64,000 nt of DNA from Eledone cirrhosa (taxonomy: Eukaryota): assembly GCA_964016885.1 (NCBI GenBank), contig OZ024743.1, forward strand, positions 242,172,001 to 242,236,000, in the 5' to 3' direction. Of the stretch, positions 1 to 13,383 are shown one piece after another (the first letter of the stretch is position 1; every line of letters starts with the position of its first letter). Position numbers and translations under genes: made by a program. The notes under the pieces were generated by a model. The model worked only from the letters and a program-made list of their open reading frames with translations. It ran no database searches and was not told where the DNA came from.

Positions 1-85
1 TGTGTGTATGTATGTATGTATGTATGTATGTATGTATGTATGTATGTATGTATGTATGTATGTATGTATGTATGTATGTATGTAT
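1..85. repeat. (TATG)n microsatellite
   Basis: Direct tandem TATG array. Confidence 0.95.
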
Positions 86-92
86 GGATGGA

Positions 93-1222
93 TATTGGGT
101 TGGACAGAAATTTTCCGCTGTTTTGCAAAAGGAGATATTTTGGTAGAGTTTTCTGGAAATATTGAAGGTCGTGCATGCGCACATACATATATAGGGAGTA
201 CCGTTATTTCTCATTTTCTGTTACACCGTTTAAAGGGAAACAACATGGATCTATCCAAATTGTTTAATCGTGGCTGTTTACTTTATGACTTCAAATCGGG
301 CCTAAGCGTAGCAGCATCGAGTTGTCGCATTAAAATGCAATTGGGTCACTCACAATATCTCAACGCAATATCAGGGACTATTTCATACGCTTCCGTTCTG
401 GTGATTACAGCCTTGAAAGTCGACCTTGTGCTGGACGAAGTGCTTCGAAACCTGCAACAAAACATCGAAAACAGCCATCCCCAATCACTTGCATGCAATA
501 GAGCAGGTGTCCAATCTAAACCATTGCGTGCCCCATAATCTGACTCATCGTAATCGTGAATGTTGAGCGGCAGCTGCGAATTTTCTGCCCTCCTACTGTC
601 CCACAAACAACTGGTTACGTTCCAATGTCACTGGTGATGATAAATGCCAAGCGCAAGCGATCATAGGTTGATAAAGTGAGTGTAATACAACGGCAAGCAA
701 AGGCTGGCCTTCACCATCGCAAGGCCCTACAGAGCGTCTGTTGGAACTGGAAAGGTGTCATCCGCTACGAGCTGCTCCCACTGAACAGCAGCATAACCTC
801 TGACGTCTACTGCCAACAACTTGGCAGATTAGCGGCAAAATTTGTACAGGTGCATCCTCAACTCTTCGATTTATACATGATAACGCTCGGCCGAATACAG
901 CAAGGATGGCTCGTGGGAATCTGCCGGAGCTAGGTTGAGAGATTCTGCCCCACGCGCCGTATTCGCCTAACCATGCGACTACAGACTATCAACTTTTTCT
1001 GACAATGAGCAATGTGATGCAATCAAAGACCTTCGCCAATGAAGACCAATTAAATCAGGAGCTGGCAGAATCCTTTGCACCGAAACCAGAAGAATTCTAT
1101 AGAGATGGAATCATGTGCCTTCCTCAATGATGGCAGACGGTAATCGCCAATGATGACAATTATTTTGACTTGTAACGTTTTCCTAATGTTAAAACAAAAA
1201 GAACTTTGTATCCAACTTTATA
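93..1222 (+). mobile_element. Decayed mariner DNA transposon (DD34D), transposase pseudogene about 245-1175
   Basis: Fragments in shifting frames: LLYDFKSG (N-terminal HTH region), CVPHNL (WVPHEL), VTGDDK, CWNWKGVIRYELL..ITSDVYCQQL, LHDNARP, YSPNHATTDYQLF (YSPDLAPSDYHLF) with 34 residues between the last two Asp, FYRDGI..LP.*W..VI.ND.NYFD. Degenerate TIRs TATTGGGTTGGACAGAAA / TTTGTATCCAACTTTATA. Confidence 0.9.
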
Positions 1223-1337
1223 TATATATAGAGAGAGAGAGAGCGAGAGAGAGAGAATTAGTATACCTACCAACATATGTATACAGATGTATACTCATGC
1301 TAGCAAATATATATGTTATGTCTTAGTACCTTTGTGG

Positions 1338-1430
<93 letters not shown>

Positions 1431-1567
1431 AGTGTAAGTTTCTACACAAAACGAAGGTTATAGAGAAAATTGAGGTTGGTAATGGCACATGGAATATATA
1501 AGAGACAGAATACTTTTTTGGCAAAAAACATATAATTTAATAAGGTAAGGAAAGAATAAAGGGTATA

Positions 1568-1618
1568 AAAAATGACCGGTTTCGATGGGTCTGCAAAAGC
1601 CATCTTTTCAAATGTTGA
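1568..1618 (-). ncRNA. Hammerhead-like motif, U3-A8 variant (pLTR of inverted PLE1 copy)
   Basis: Reverse complement identical to the 6577-6614 motif. Confidence 0.6.
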
Positions 1619-2169
1619 TTAATATTAAGAAAAATTAATAATAAGAAGAGTTAAAATTTGAGATTTGAAAATTCAAGTATAAAATTCAGTGTGGGATTTC
1701 ATAGTAGTTTTCATCTTGGTAGCAGCAAGTTGACTGCTGTGTGTCCCTTTCTGGTAGTGAATGAGGAATTATTTGTGGGGAGTGGTTTTTTTTTAAGGTC
1801 AGATTTAGCAATGGCCAGATGGCCAGCTGCTGGTCAGTGAGGGGGTGGAACCAATATACATACATATATCTCCATGTGGTCGGTAGGAGAGGGGAGAGTG
1901 ATAGAAAGGGATTTAGTGCACTTACACCTATATATACACATACGCTCATCCACACACACATACATATACATATACATACATATATATATATACACACACA
2001 TACACACACACATACATATACATACACACATACACACACACACACATATACACATACACACACATATATATACACACACACACATATATATACTTACACA
2101 TACATCCAGATACACACATACATACACACACACACATACATACATACACATATATATATATATGTACAT

Positions 2170-2212
<43 letters not shown>

Positions 2213-2757
2213 TACATACACACACACATATATACATACACACATACAAACACACACACACACATATATAAACATACACGCACATATATATACACACACA
2301 CACACATATATATACACATACATCCAGATACACACATACATACACACACACACACACATACACATACATCCACATGCACACATACACATACATACACCCA
2401 CACTCATAGAGAAATGGCATCCAAATATATATATATACATACATACACATATATTTTTTCCATAATATAAGAAGTTAGAACAGTGAAATTAAAATACAAG
2501 TCATTCTGATCACATTGAGTTCTTCATGTAGATTGGGCCCCGCAACCGACAGTGGTGAATTCTGTGTGCGCATATATATATAGATATATGTGTGTGCACG
2601 TGCAGGGTTTAACATGGATGTGTTGGTCACACAAAGGCATGGGCTGTCAACGAATAAACCTGATTCTACAGAATTGGTCTCTGGTCTTTAATAGTAGTGA
2701 TAATTATATACATGCACACATACACACACATATCCGTCACTCCGTGCGTATGTGTGT

Positions 2758-4215
2758 TTATATTTTATGACAATTGTATTGGGGTGATAACCCGTTTAGT
2801 TTTGGTTTAAATTTGTTAAGGAATAGATTTTCTTTGTTTATTCTTTGTTGCTGTGTGAACGAATCTGAGCACTTGTAGAAGGGGAAGATTTTAAAGTTGG
2901 GTAGTGTCATTCCTGCGCAGTTCGCAATATGGTTGCTCAAGGGGATTTTTCTAGTGTTAGCGTCCCGGATTTGTTGGCGGTGGATGGTCATTCTTTTGCG
3001 TAATGAGGTGCCCGTCTGTCCTATGTAGTTGTGTTTGCACCCACCGCAAGTCATTGCGTAAATCAAGTTCTCCGAGTTGCAGGTGAAATTGTTTTTTACT
3101 GTAAATGTTTCGCCATCTTTAAATGTAAATTTTTGTCCTTCAGTGAGGTAGAGGCACGTTCCACAGTTTGTTCTACCACATTTGGTAACTGTAGGGTTGA
3201 GGATTTGTTTGGGTATATTTGGTCCAGTGAGAATGCGTTTTAGTGATTTTGGTTGTCTTTTACTTTTAAGGATCTTGTGTGTTTCAAGAATAGACTTCAT
3301 TTTTACATCTTTAAGTAGGATGGGGAGGTTTTTGTGTAGGTGATCAAACATTTCGGTATTTCTGGGGTTGAAAGTGGATACATATGGCAGGGTGTTGAGT
3401 GTGGTTTTCTGTTTTGGATTGTTAAGTTGATGGGGATATAGGTGTTTTGCCCTGTCTATTCCATTGTTGATTATTTCAAGTAGAAAGGCTCTTAAGATAA
3501 GGGTGTCTTTTAGTTCCTTTAGTCTTTGCTCCCGTTTAGGTGGATCTGATACTATGGTACATATACGTTTGGCCAAATTGTAGGGAATGTTAAGTTTTGT
3601 ATGTTTTGGGTGACTTGATGTGAAAAAGAGGTATTGCTTGGAATCTGTGGGTTTATAGAATATATCTGTATCTAATTTCCCGTCTATTACAGAGATGAGA
3701 ATATCCAAGAAGGCTAATTCCTTGGGATTGGATTCCATTGTGAATTGTATGTTATTATCTATGTTGTTTATCATGTTTTTAAACATAGTAAGTGAGTTCA
3801 TGTCTTCTTGCCATAGGATAAAGCAGTCGTCTAGATATATTTTCCAATTGGCTTTGAGGTGTGTGTGGAAAGAGTCTCCAAATAAGAGAAGGGACTGACT
3901 GTATATTTGTTGTTCATGGAATTCCATGACTAGGTTGGCATATGTGGGTGCTACTTTCGTGCCCATTGCAGTACCTGATACTTGTCTGTATGTTGAACCA
4001 TTGAATGTGAAGTAGTTATTTTGTAGGATAAAGCGGAGTCCGTCAGTGATAAAATCTTTGTTGATACGTATCGGTATTTCTGATGGGTGTGTGTTAAGCC
4101 AGTATTGGACTACTGTTATTCCATAGTTGTGGGGTATGTTTGTGTAGAGGTTTATTACGTCAAAGGAGACAAGAATTGTATTTGCACTTACTGTTTTAGG
4201 GAGGTGTTTCAGCAC
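2758..4215 (-). CDS. PLE reverse transcriptase / GIY-YIG endonuclease (C-terminal 485 aa)
   Basis: SFDVINLYTNIP, GTAMGTKVAPTYANL, YLDD, FLDI, YKPTD..YL...S.HP, CGRTNCGTC linker, NLIYAMTC..C..NYIGQT..L.KR...H. Confidence 0.9.
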   Translation of the reverse strand: MLKHLPKTVSANTILVSFDVINLYTNIPHNYGITVVQYWLNTHPSEIPIRINKDFITDGLRFILQNNYFTFNGSTYRQVSGTAMGTKVAPTYANLVMEFHEQQIYSQSLLLFGDSFHTHLKANWKIYLDDCFILWQEDMNSLTMFKNMINNIDNNIQFTMESNPKELAFLDILISVIDGKLDTDIFYKPTDSKQYLFFTSSHPKHTKLNIPYNLAKRICTIVSDPPKREQRLKELKDTLILRAFLLEIINNGIDRAKHLYPHQLNNPKQKTTLNTLPYVSTFNPRNTEMFDHLHKNLPILLKDVKMKSILETHKILKSKRQPKSLKRILTGPNIPKQILNPTVTKCGRTNCGTCLYLTEGQKFTFKDGETFTVKNNFTCNSENLIYAMTCGGCKHNYIGQTGTSLRKRMTIHRQQIRDANTRKIPLSNHIANCAGMTLPNFKIFPFYKCSDSFTQQQRINKENLFLNKFKPKLNGLSPQYNCHKI

Positions 4216-6136
4216 GTCAAGGTCATCTCGTATGTAGCTCTGTATATGTTGTAGAAAGGGTTTCAGTAGGATGTCCAGAAAGTTGCTAAGTCTGTGGGTT
4301 TCACATGTAGGGCCTGCTATAATTGGCCTGGTTTTAGGTCTTCTGGTGGTGTTAGTTCAATGTAATTGTTGGTTGAGGTGTCACATGCATCGTTTATGGG
4401 TTTACATTTGTGGAGTTTCGGTAAGCCGTAAAAGGAGCTGGTATTGCATTTGAAGTGGCTTATATAGTTAAACTCTTTTGTGGTTAAGCTGTTGCGGTAT
4501 TTATTCAGTAATGTCAAAAGGTTCCCCATTGTTTTGGTGTATTTGTAGTTTTCTGTTTTTTCATAGTATGTGTTGTTTTCTAAAATGTTAAGTGCGAGGG
4601 TCCCATAGTAGTCCGTATTCATAATGACAACAGTACTGCATTTATCGGCTTCTTTGATGGTTATCTCAGGGTTGTTTCTAAGTGTGAATAATTCTTCCCA
4701 TTCGTGTGTAGATAGGTTTGATTTCGTGTATTTATTTGTAATTTTTTCATATGGAAAGTTGGTGATGTGTTCGCAGTACGTGTCCAGTGCTTTATTTCTT
4801 CCCTTTTCTGGGCAGAAATTGCTTTTATTTCTAACCAGTGATTCGTTAGTCGCAGCTTTCGGCAGAATTCTATGATGTCATCCTTCATTTCGGGGAAGTT
4901 TGGTTTACGTGGTGTAGGTGTAAATTTCAGGCCCTTACTTAAAATGTTAATTTGTGTGTTGGTTAGAGGTGTCTTTGAGAGGTTGATTATTTTTGGTTTC
5001 TCCTGGGGGGGGGGGGGCATCGAGTATCCTGGTATTTCAGGCTTTTCCCTAAAAAAGGAATGTAGTTTTGTGTGTGACTATATTTTGTTGGTCTGTTACG
5101 TGTGGGTCTGTAGCTTGTTGTTTCATGAGGGTGAATGTGATGGTCGGGGATGCTAACACAAGAAAAATCCCCTTGAGCAGCCATATTGCGAACTGCCCAG
5201 GAATGACACTACCCAACTTCAAAATCTTCCCCTTCTACAAGTGCTCAGATTCGTTCACACAGCAACAAAGAATAAACAAAGAAAATCTATTCCTTAACAA
5301 ATTTAAACCAAAACTAAACGGGTTATCACCCCAATAGAATTGTCATAAAATATAAACACACATGCGCACGGAGTGACGGATATGTGTGTGTATGTATGCA
5401 TGTATATAATTATCACTACTATTAAAGACCAGAGACCAATTCTGTAGAATCAGGTTTATTCGTTGACAGCCCATGCCTTTGTGTGACCAACACATCCATG
5501 TTAAACCCCGCACGTGCACACACATATATCTATATATATATGCGCACACAGAATTCACCACTGTCGGTTGCGGGGCCCAATCTACATGAAGAACTCAATG
5601 TGATCAGAATGACTTGTATTTTAATTTCACTGTTCTAACTTCTTATATTATGGAAAAAATATATGTGTATGTATGTATATATATATATTTGGATGCCATT
5701 TCTCTATAAGTGTGGGTGTATGTATGTTTATGTGTGTGTGTATGTGTGTGCATGTTGATGTATGTATGTGTATGTGTGTGTGTGTGTGTGTGTATGTATG
5801 TGTGTATCTGGATGTATGTGTATATATACGTGTGTGTGTGTATATATATATGTGTGTATGTGTATATATGTGTGTGTGTGTGTTTGTATGTGTGTATGTA
5901 TATATGTGTGTGTGTATGTATGTGTGTGTGTATATATATATATATATGTGTGTATGTACATATATATATATATGTGTATGTATGTATGTGTGTGTGTGTG
6001 TATGTATGTGTGTATCTGGATGTATGTGTATGTATATATATGTGTGTGTGCGTGTCTATATATGTGTGTGTATGTGTATATATATATGTGTGTGTGTGTG
6101 TGTATGTATATGTATGTGTGTGTGCATGTATGTGTG

Positions 6137-6205
<69 letters not shown>

Positions 6206-6569
6206 ATGTATATGTATGTGTGTGTGGATGAGGGTATGTGTATATATAGGTGTAAGTGCACTAAATCCATTTCTATCGCTCACCCCTCTCCTACCGACCA
6301 CATGGAGATATATGTATGTATATTGGTTCCACCTCCTCACTGACCAGCAGCTGCCCATCTGGCCATCTGGCCATTGCTAAATCTGACCTTAAAAAAAAAA
6401 CCACACTCCCCACAAATAATTCCTCATTGACTACCAGAAAGGGACACACAGCAGTCAACTTGCTGCTACCAAGATGAAAACTACTATGAAATCCCACACT
6501 GAATTTTATACTTGAATTTTCAAATCTCAAATTTTAACTCTTCTTATTATTAATTTTTCTTAATATTAA

Positions 6570-6620
6570 TCAACATTTGAAAAGATGGCTTTTGCAGACC
6601 CATCGAAACCGGTCATTTTT
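6570..6620 (+). ncRNA. Minimal hammerhead-like motif, U3-A8 variant (5' pLTR of PLE1)
   Basis: TTGAAAA-GATGG..CCATC-GAAAC-CG-GTC; stem III region is the palindrome ACCGGT; stem I is weak. Confidence 0.6.
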
Positions 6621-6789
6621 TATACCCTTTTTCTTTCCTTACCTTATAAAATTATATGTTTTTTCACAAAAAAGTATTCTGTCTCTTATATATTCCATGT
6701 GCCATTACCAACCTCAATTTTCTTTATAACCTTCGTTTTGTGTAGAAACTTACACTTTTCATATATACTAACCTACGCAAATCCGGAAA

Positions 6790-9700
6790 ATGGCACTGGA
6801 ACAAGACAACACAATTTCAAACTCCAATATAAATGAGGAAATCGTGAAAATCCTAAAAGAGATAAATGGAAAACTCACCATTCTGACAAAAAAACTGGAT
6901 ATACCCCAAACCACCACACCGACTGACAACCGAATTTATTTAAACGTTCAAAACGTATGCAACTCCATCGAAAAACTTATGAATACCAAAACAGAACAGA
7001 AAACATTGCTCCATATCAAAAACCAAATGGGTCACCTCTGGAAAAAACATCTAAAAACCAGAAAATTCACTCTTTGGAATATGATAAAAAACCTCAACAA
7101 AGCTGGAATTTACCAGAAATGGATTAACTCAACACCGATAGTTTTACCACGTAAATTCCAAATAAAGCATATTACAAACGAACCTGAACCAGAAAGAAAA
7201 CTCCGTGAACAAATGTCACTCAACAGGATAAACATGGAAATAGAACTCCTAAAATTAAGGGCCACCTCCAACGAGCAAGAGTATAAGGATACTGATAAAA
7301 AATGGAGGAAGAATGCACTAAAAAGGCCGAGGGAACAACCCTACAAAATGTAATCAAATCGTGGAAACAGGACTCCGAGAATGCAGAAATTATTTCCCTT
7401 AAACGGTGGGAAAAATCCGAAAACTGGTTCCTCAAGTATGAAAAAGATTTTAAAAGGACGCACCAAACAGGTAACCCCTTTATAAAGCATTTGAACATAA
7501 CAAAAACTACAACAGACACATTTACACCACCAAACCCAACACACACTAACCACAGGCACATCCCCCACCAACACAAACCAAATACGGCCAACTACACCAA
7601 AAGAAACACACCCAACCACCACAACACAGGTTTCCGTAGAAATACCCCCTACATAAACCAACGACGAGATAACATAGATCCAACTCACAACACACACACC
7701 ACGTTCCTCAGAAGAAATCCACCCAGACCACTTGAAATTACAACAGAACTTACCCACAACCACACCAGACATCACCCTCAATCCAACAAAAGATAACCCC
7801 CCAACCTCAACACTCTATACCACAGAAATAACGCACCCAGACCACATGAACCAACAACAGAACCCTTGCTCATTAACAACCACAACACATACCACCCCCA
7901 CCATCACATTCACCCTCATGAAACAACAAGCTACAGACCCACACGCAACAGACCAACAAAATATAATCACACACAAAAATACATTCCTTTTTTAGGGAAA
8001 AGCTTGAAATACCAGGATACTCGATGCCCCCCCCCCCCCCCCCCCCCAGGAGAAACCAAAAATAATCAGCCTCTCAAAGACACCTCTAACCAACACACAA
8101 ATTAACATTTTAAGTAAGGGCCTGAAATGTACACCTACACCACGTAAACCAAACTTCCCCGAAATGAAGGATGACATCATAGAATTCTGCCGAAAGCTGC
8201 GACTAACGGAATTCTTCCACAACGACACCAACACTGAAGACGAATCACTGGTTAGAAATAAAAGCAATTTCTGCCCAGAAAAGGAAAGAAATAAAGCACT
8301 GGACACGAACTGCGAACACATCACCAACTTTCCCTATGAAAAAATTACAAATAATTACACGAAATCAAACCTATCTACACACGAATGGGAAGAATTATTC
8401 ACACTTAGAAACAACCCTGAGATAACCATCAAAGAAGCCGATAAATGCAGTACTGTTGTCATTATGAATACGGACTACTCGCACTTAACATTTTAGAAAA
8501 CAACACATACTATGAAAAAACAGAAAACTACAAACAAACCAAAACAATGGGGAACCTTTTGACCTTACTGAATAAATACAGCAACAGCTTAACCACAAAA
8601 GAGTTTAACTATATAAGCCACTTCAAATGCAATACAAGCTCCTTTTACGGCTTACCGAAACTCCACAAATGTAAACCCATAAACGATGCATGTGACACCT
8701 CAACCACAATTACATTGAACTAACACCACTAGAAGACCTAAAACTCAGGCCAATTATAGCAGGCCCTACATGTGAAACCCACAGACTTAGCAACTTTCTG
8801 GACATGCTACTGAAACCCTTTCTACAACATATACAGAGCTACATACGAGATGACCTCGACATGCTGAAACACCTCCCTAAAACAGTAAGTGCAAATACAA
8901 TTCTTGTCTCCTTTGACGTAATAAACCTCTACACAAACATACCCCACAACTATGGAATAACAGCAGTCCAATACTGGCTTAACACACACCCATCAGAAAT
9001 ACCGACACCATCAACAAAGATTTTATCACTGACGGGCTCCGCTTTATCCTACAAAATAACTACTTCACATTCAATGGTTCAACATACAGACAAGTATCAG
9101 GTACTGCAATGGGCACGAAGGTAGCACCCACATATGCCAACCTAGTCATGGGATTCCATGAACAACAAATATACAGTCAGTCCCTTCTCTTATTTGGAGA
9201 CTCTTTCCACACACACCTCAAAGCCAATTGGAAAAGATATCTAGACGACTACTTTATCCTATGGCAAGAAGACATGAACTCACTTACTATGTTTAAACAC
9301 ATGATAAACAACATAGATAATAACATACAATTCACAATGGAATCCAATCCCAAGGAATTAGCCTTCTTGGATATTCTCATCTCTGTAATAGACGGGAAAT
9401 TAGATACAGATATATTCTATAAACCCACAGATTCCAAGCAATACCTCTTTTTCACATCAAGTCACCCAAAACATACAAAACTTAACATTCCTTACAATTT
9501 GGCCAAACGTATATGTACCATAGTATCAGATCCACCTAAACGGGAGCAAAGACTAAAGGAACTAAAAGACACCCTTATCTTAAGAGCCTTTCCACTTCAA
9601 ATAATCAACAATGGAATAGACAGGGCAAAACGCCTAAATCCCCATCAACTTAACAATCCAAAACAGAAAACCACACTCAACACCCTGCCATATGTATCCA

Positions 9701-10295
9701 CTTTCAACCCCAGAAATACCGAAATGTTTGATCACCTACACAAAAACCTCCCCATCCTACTTAAAGATGTAAAAATGAAGTCTATTCTTGAAACACACAA
9801 GATCCTTAAAAGTAAAAGACAACCAAATCACTAAAACGCATTCTCACTGGACCAAATATACCCAAACCAATCCTCAACCCTACAGTTACCAAATGTGGTA
9901 GAACAAACTGTGGAACGTGCCTCTACCTCTCTGAAGGACAAAAATTTACATTTAAAGATGGCCAAACATTTACAGTAAAAAACAATTTCACCTGCAACTC
10001 GGAGAACTTGATTTACGCAATAACTTGCGGTGGGTGCAAACACAACTACATAGGACAGACGGGCACCTCATTACGCAAAAGAATGACCATCCACCGCCAA
10101 CAAATCCGGGACGCTAACACTAGAAAAATCCCCTTGAGCAACCATATTGCGAACTGCGCAGGAATGACACTACCCAACTTTAAAATCTTCCCCTTCTACA
10201 AGTGCTCAGATTCGTTCACACAGCAACAAAGAATAAACAAAGAAAATCTATTCCTTAACAAATTTAAACCAAAACTAAACGGGTTATCACCCTAA
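6790..10295 (+). pseudogene. Frameshifted PLE polyprotein (N-terminal ORF + RT + GIY-YIG)
   Basis: ORF pieces 6790-7353, 7302-7796, 7866-8105, 8164-8496, 8445-8723, 8804-9124, 9109-9834 and 10008-10295 join into PLE motifs (LSKGL, IKEADK..VVIM, FYGLPKLHK, RPII, AMG, YLDD, YIGQT). Confidence 0.88.
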
Positions 10296-11052
10296 TAGAA
10301 TTGTCATAAAAATATAAACACACATACGCACGGAGTGACGGATATGTGTGTGTATGTGTGCATGTATATAATTATCACTACTATTAAAGACCAGAGACCA
10401 ATTCTGTAGAATCAGGTTTATTCGTTGACAGCCCATGCCTTTGTGTGACCAACACATCCATGTTAAACCCTGCACGTGCACACACATATATCTATATATA
10501 TATGCGCACACAGAATTCACCACTGTCGGTTGCGGGGCCCAATCTACATGAAGAACTCAATGTGATCAGAATGACTTGTATTTTAATTTCACTGTTCTAA
10601 CTTCTTATATTATGGAAAAAATATATGTGTATGTATGTATATATATATATTTGGATGCCATTTCTCTATGAGTGTGGGTGTATGTATGTGTATGTGTGTG
10701 TGTGTGTGTATGTGTGTGCATGTGGATGTATGTATGTGTATGTATGTGTGTGTGTGTATGTATGTGTGTATCTGGATGTATGTGTATATATATGTGTGTG
10801 TATGTGTATATATGTGTGCGTGTGTGTTTGTATGTGTGTATGTACATATGTGTGTGTGTATTTATGTGTGTGTGTATATATATGTGTATGTATGTATGTG
10901 TGTGTGTGTGTGTGTGTGTATCTGGATGTATGTGTGTATCTGGATGTATGTGTATGTATATATATGTATGTGTGTGTATATATATGTGTGTGTATGTGTA
11001 TATATGTGTGTGTGTGTATGTGTGTATGTATATGTATGTGTGTGTGTATGTA

Positions 11053-11153
<101 letters not shown>

Positions 11154-11515
11154 ATATATATGTACGTGTGTGTGGATGAGGGTATGTGTATATATAGGTG
11201 TAAGTTCACTAAATCCCTTTACTATCACTCTCCCCTCTCCTACCGACCACATGGAGATATATGTATGTATATTGCTTCCACCCCCTCACTGACCAGCAGC
11301 TGGCCATCTGGCCATCTGGCCATTGCTAAATCTGACCTTAAAAAAAAACCACTCCCCACAAATAATTCCTCATTCACTACCAGAAAGGGACACACAGCAG
11401 TCAACTTGCTGCTACCAAGATGAAAATTACTATGAAATCCCACACTGAATTTTATACTTGAATTTTCAAATCTCAAATTTTAACTCTTCTTATTATTAAT
11501 TTTTCTTAATATTAA

Positions 11516-11566
11516 TCAACATTTGAAAAGATGGCTTTTGCAGACCCATCGAAACCGGTCATTTTT
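11516..11566 (+). ncRNA. Hammerhead-like motif, U3-A8 variant (3' pLTR of PLE1)
   Basis: Identical to the 6577-6614 motif. Confidence 0.6.
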
Positions 11567-11667
11567 TATACCCTTTATTCTTTCCTTTCCTTATAAAATT
11601 AAATGTTTTTTCACAAAAAAGTATTCTGTCTCTTATATATTCCATGTACCATTACCAACCTCAATTT

Positions 11668-11703
<36 letters not shown>

Positions 11704-12180
11704 CTGGTGAGTGCTTATGCCTCGAGCGAAAGTAATTGAATTTCGACTCCTACCATCACATACATTTCTGAACCAGTAGCCATCGGTTTACGGCATTGTG
11801 ATGATGCGTAGGGAGTCCAGTTGCTAATCTACTACTGTCTTGCCTATCACATTCACTGCCATAGCTGACACGGAGAGGAATCGAATTCTGTCGATCAATT
11901 GGTTACTGATTAGGCGAAACCCGCTGATGAAGCCACATGCACCGATTGTGCATTGTTGTATAATAAATGCAGACAGTAGATGCTGTGCAGTCGATTGCTG
12001 CATTAAGTGTGACCGAAACTCGAGTATGGGTCTAGATTTAAGGTACACATTTATGTGTGTTGTATTGAATCAAATAACTTTGTGTGTACTCTGAGATTTT
12101 ACATAACATCACCTATTGAGTACACTGAGATGCATACGGTACTAGCAGTGAAACTTATGCTAGTCCCGTGAACTTATTAT

Positions 12181-12311
<131 letters not shown>

Positions 12312-12679
12312 CTAAACGTCCATATAAAACAAGAAATTCACGATAGATTAAACAAATATCTAATGCATTATTGATAAATTTTAATAAAATGAAAAAGAAA
12401 TCTATTTAAATGTATTTGCCGTTGAATCTTTTCGTTGTTTCTATGAATTGAAAGCTCTTATTAACGGTTGGCAAAGCCTTGAAATTGAATTCGTTCTTTA
12501 ACATTGGTAATCTTTTGAAAACCGGTTGTAACATTTTATCTTTCTGACTCTGATAATGTTTGCATTGAGAAATATATAAAGCTATAAGGTTTCTGAATAG
12601 TTCCACAAAAACTTAAAGGTGATTCCATATGACCTGTTCTAGAATATGTATATATATATGTATATATATATTGATATAT

Positions 12680-12748
<69 letters not shown>

Positions 12749-13212
12749 ATATACTATAGAGGAATATAACCTGTACTATGCCCACAATATCATTGTTTAT
12801 GTCCATTGTTCAGTAACTGATAAGTTTTACAAGATGATGAATTTCGTTGAGATAATGGAAGATTAAAATTTGATAAATTATCTATTGATTCTTTCCAATA
12901 TATTTTCACTCTTGACTGATTATGTTTTTACTCAATTGTCTTATTTCGGATTGATTTGGAATATAATCTTTTTTGTGTATGCTAATTCATCTGCTCCTTG
13001 TTTTCCATGCTATCCTTTAAATACTCGTATCGAAGTCATTATTATTTGATTATTTTCTAGTGAATAATTATCTATTTTGACAGTATGCTCTAAATCATTT
13101 TAGATGACTTAGTATTTTTGATTGACATAATTCTTGATTGGTAAAACTATCAGTAAATAAATAAAAACAACTTTTTACTTGCTACTTTTATTACCATAAA
13201 CTCAGGATGGAA

Positions 13213-13383
13213 ATCAGTGGTTTGGCAGTATTGATAGAGTATCGGTTACCATGCTTTGCAGCATAGAGTTATGGCCTTTTACGTTAACTTTTCCTTTCAT
13301 TCTTACAGGGTCGATGAAATAAAGAACCAGTAATGCACTGGGTAATTTCTGGCCTTGTGCCAAAAGTAGAAGCAATTATTATT
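13213..13383 (+). mobile_element. tRNA-derived SINE, degenerate
   Basis: Core CCTTTCATTCTTACAGGGTCGATGAAATAAAGAACCAG and tail GGCCTTGTGCCAAAAGTAGAAGCAATTATT shared with other copies. Confidence 0.8.

Larger units (their letters stand above)
1423..5144 (-). mobile_element. Penelope-like element family 1, 5'-truncated inverted copy (RT + GIY-YIG + 3' pLTR)
   Basis: Reverse complement of the plus copy from about 7899 onward. Its 3' end matches the 5' pLTR end near 6765 and runs into (TA)n at about 1423. Confidence 0.92.

Noticed and set aside
1686-2470. Overlapping YI/HT/CV-repeat ORFs here and throughout the window
   Set aside because: TA, CA and TG microsatellites lack stop codons; these ORFs are artefacts.
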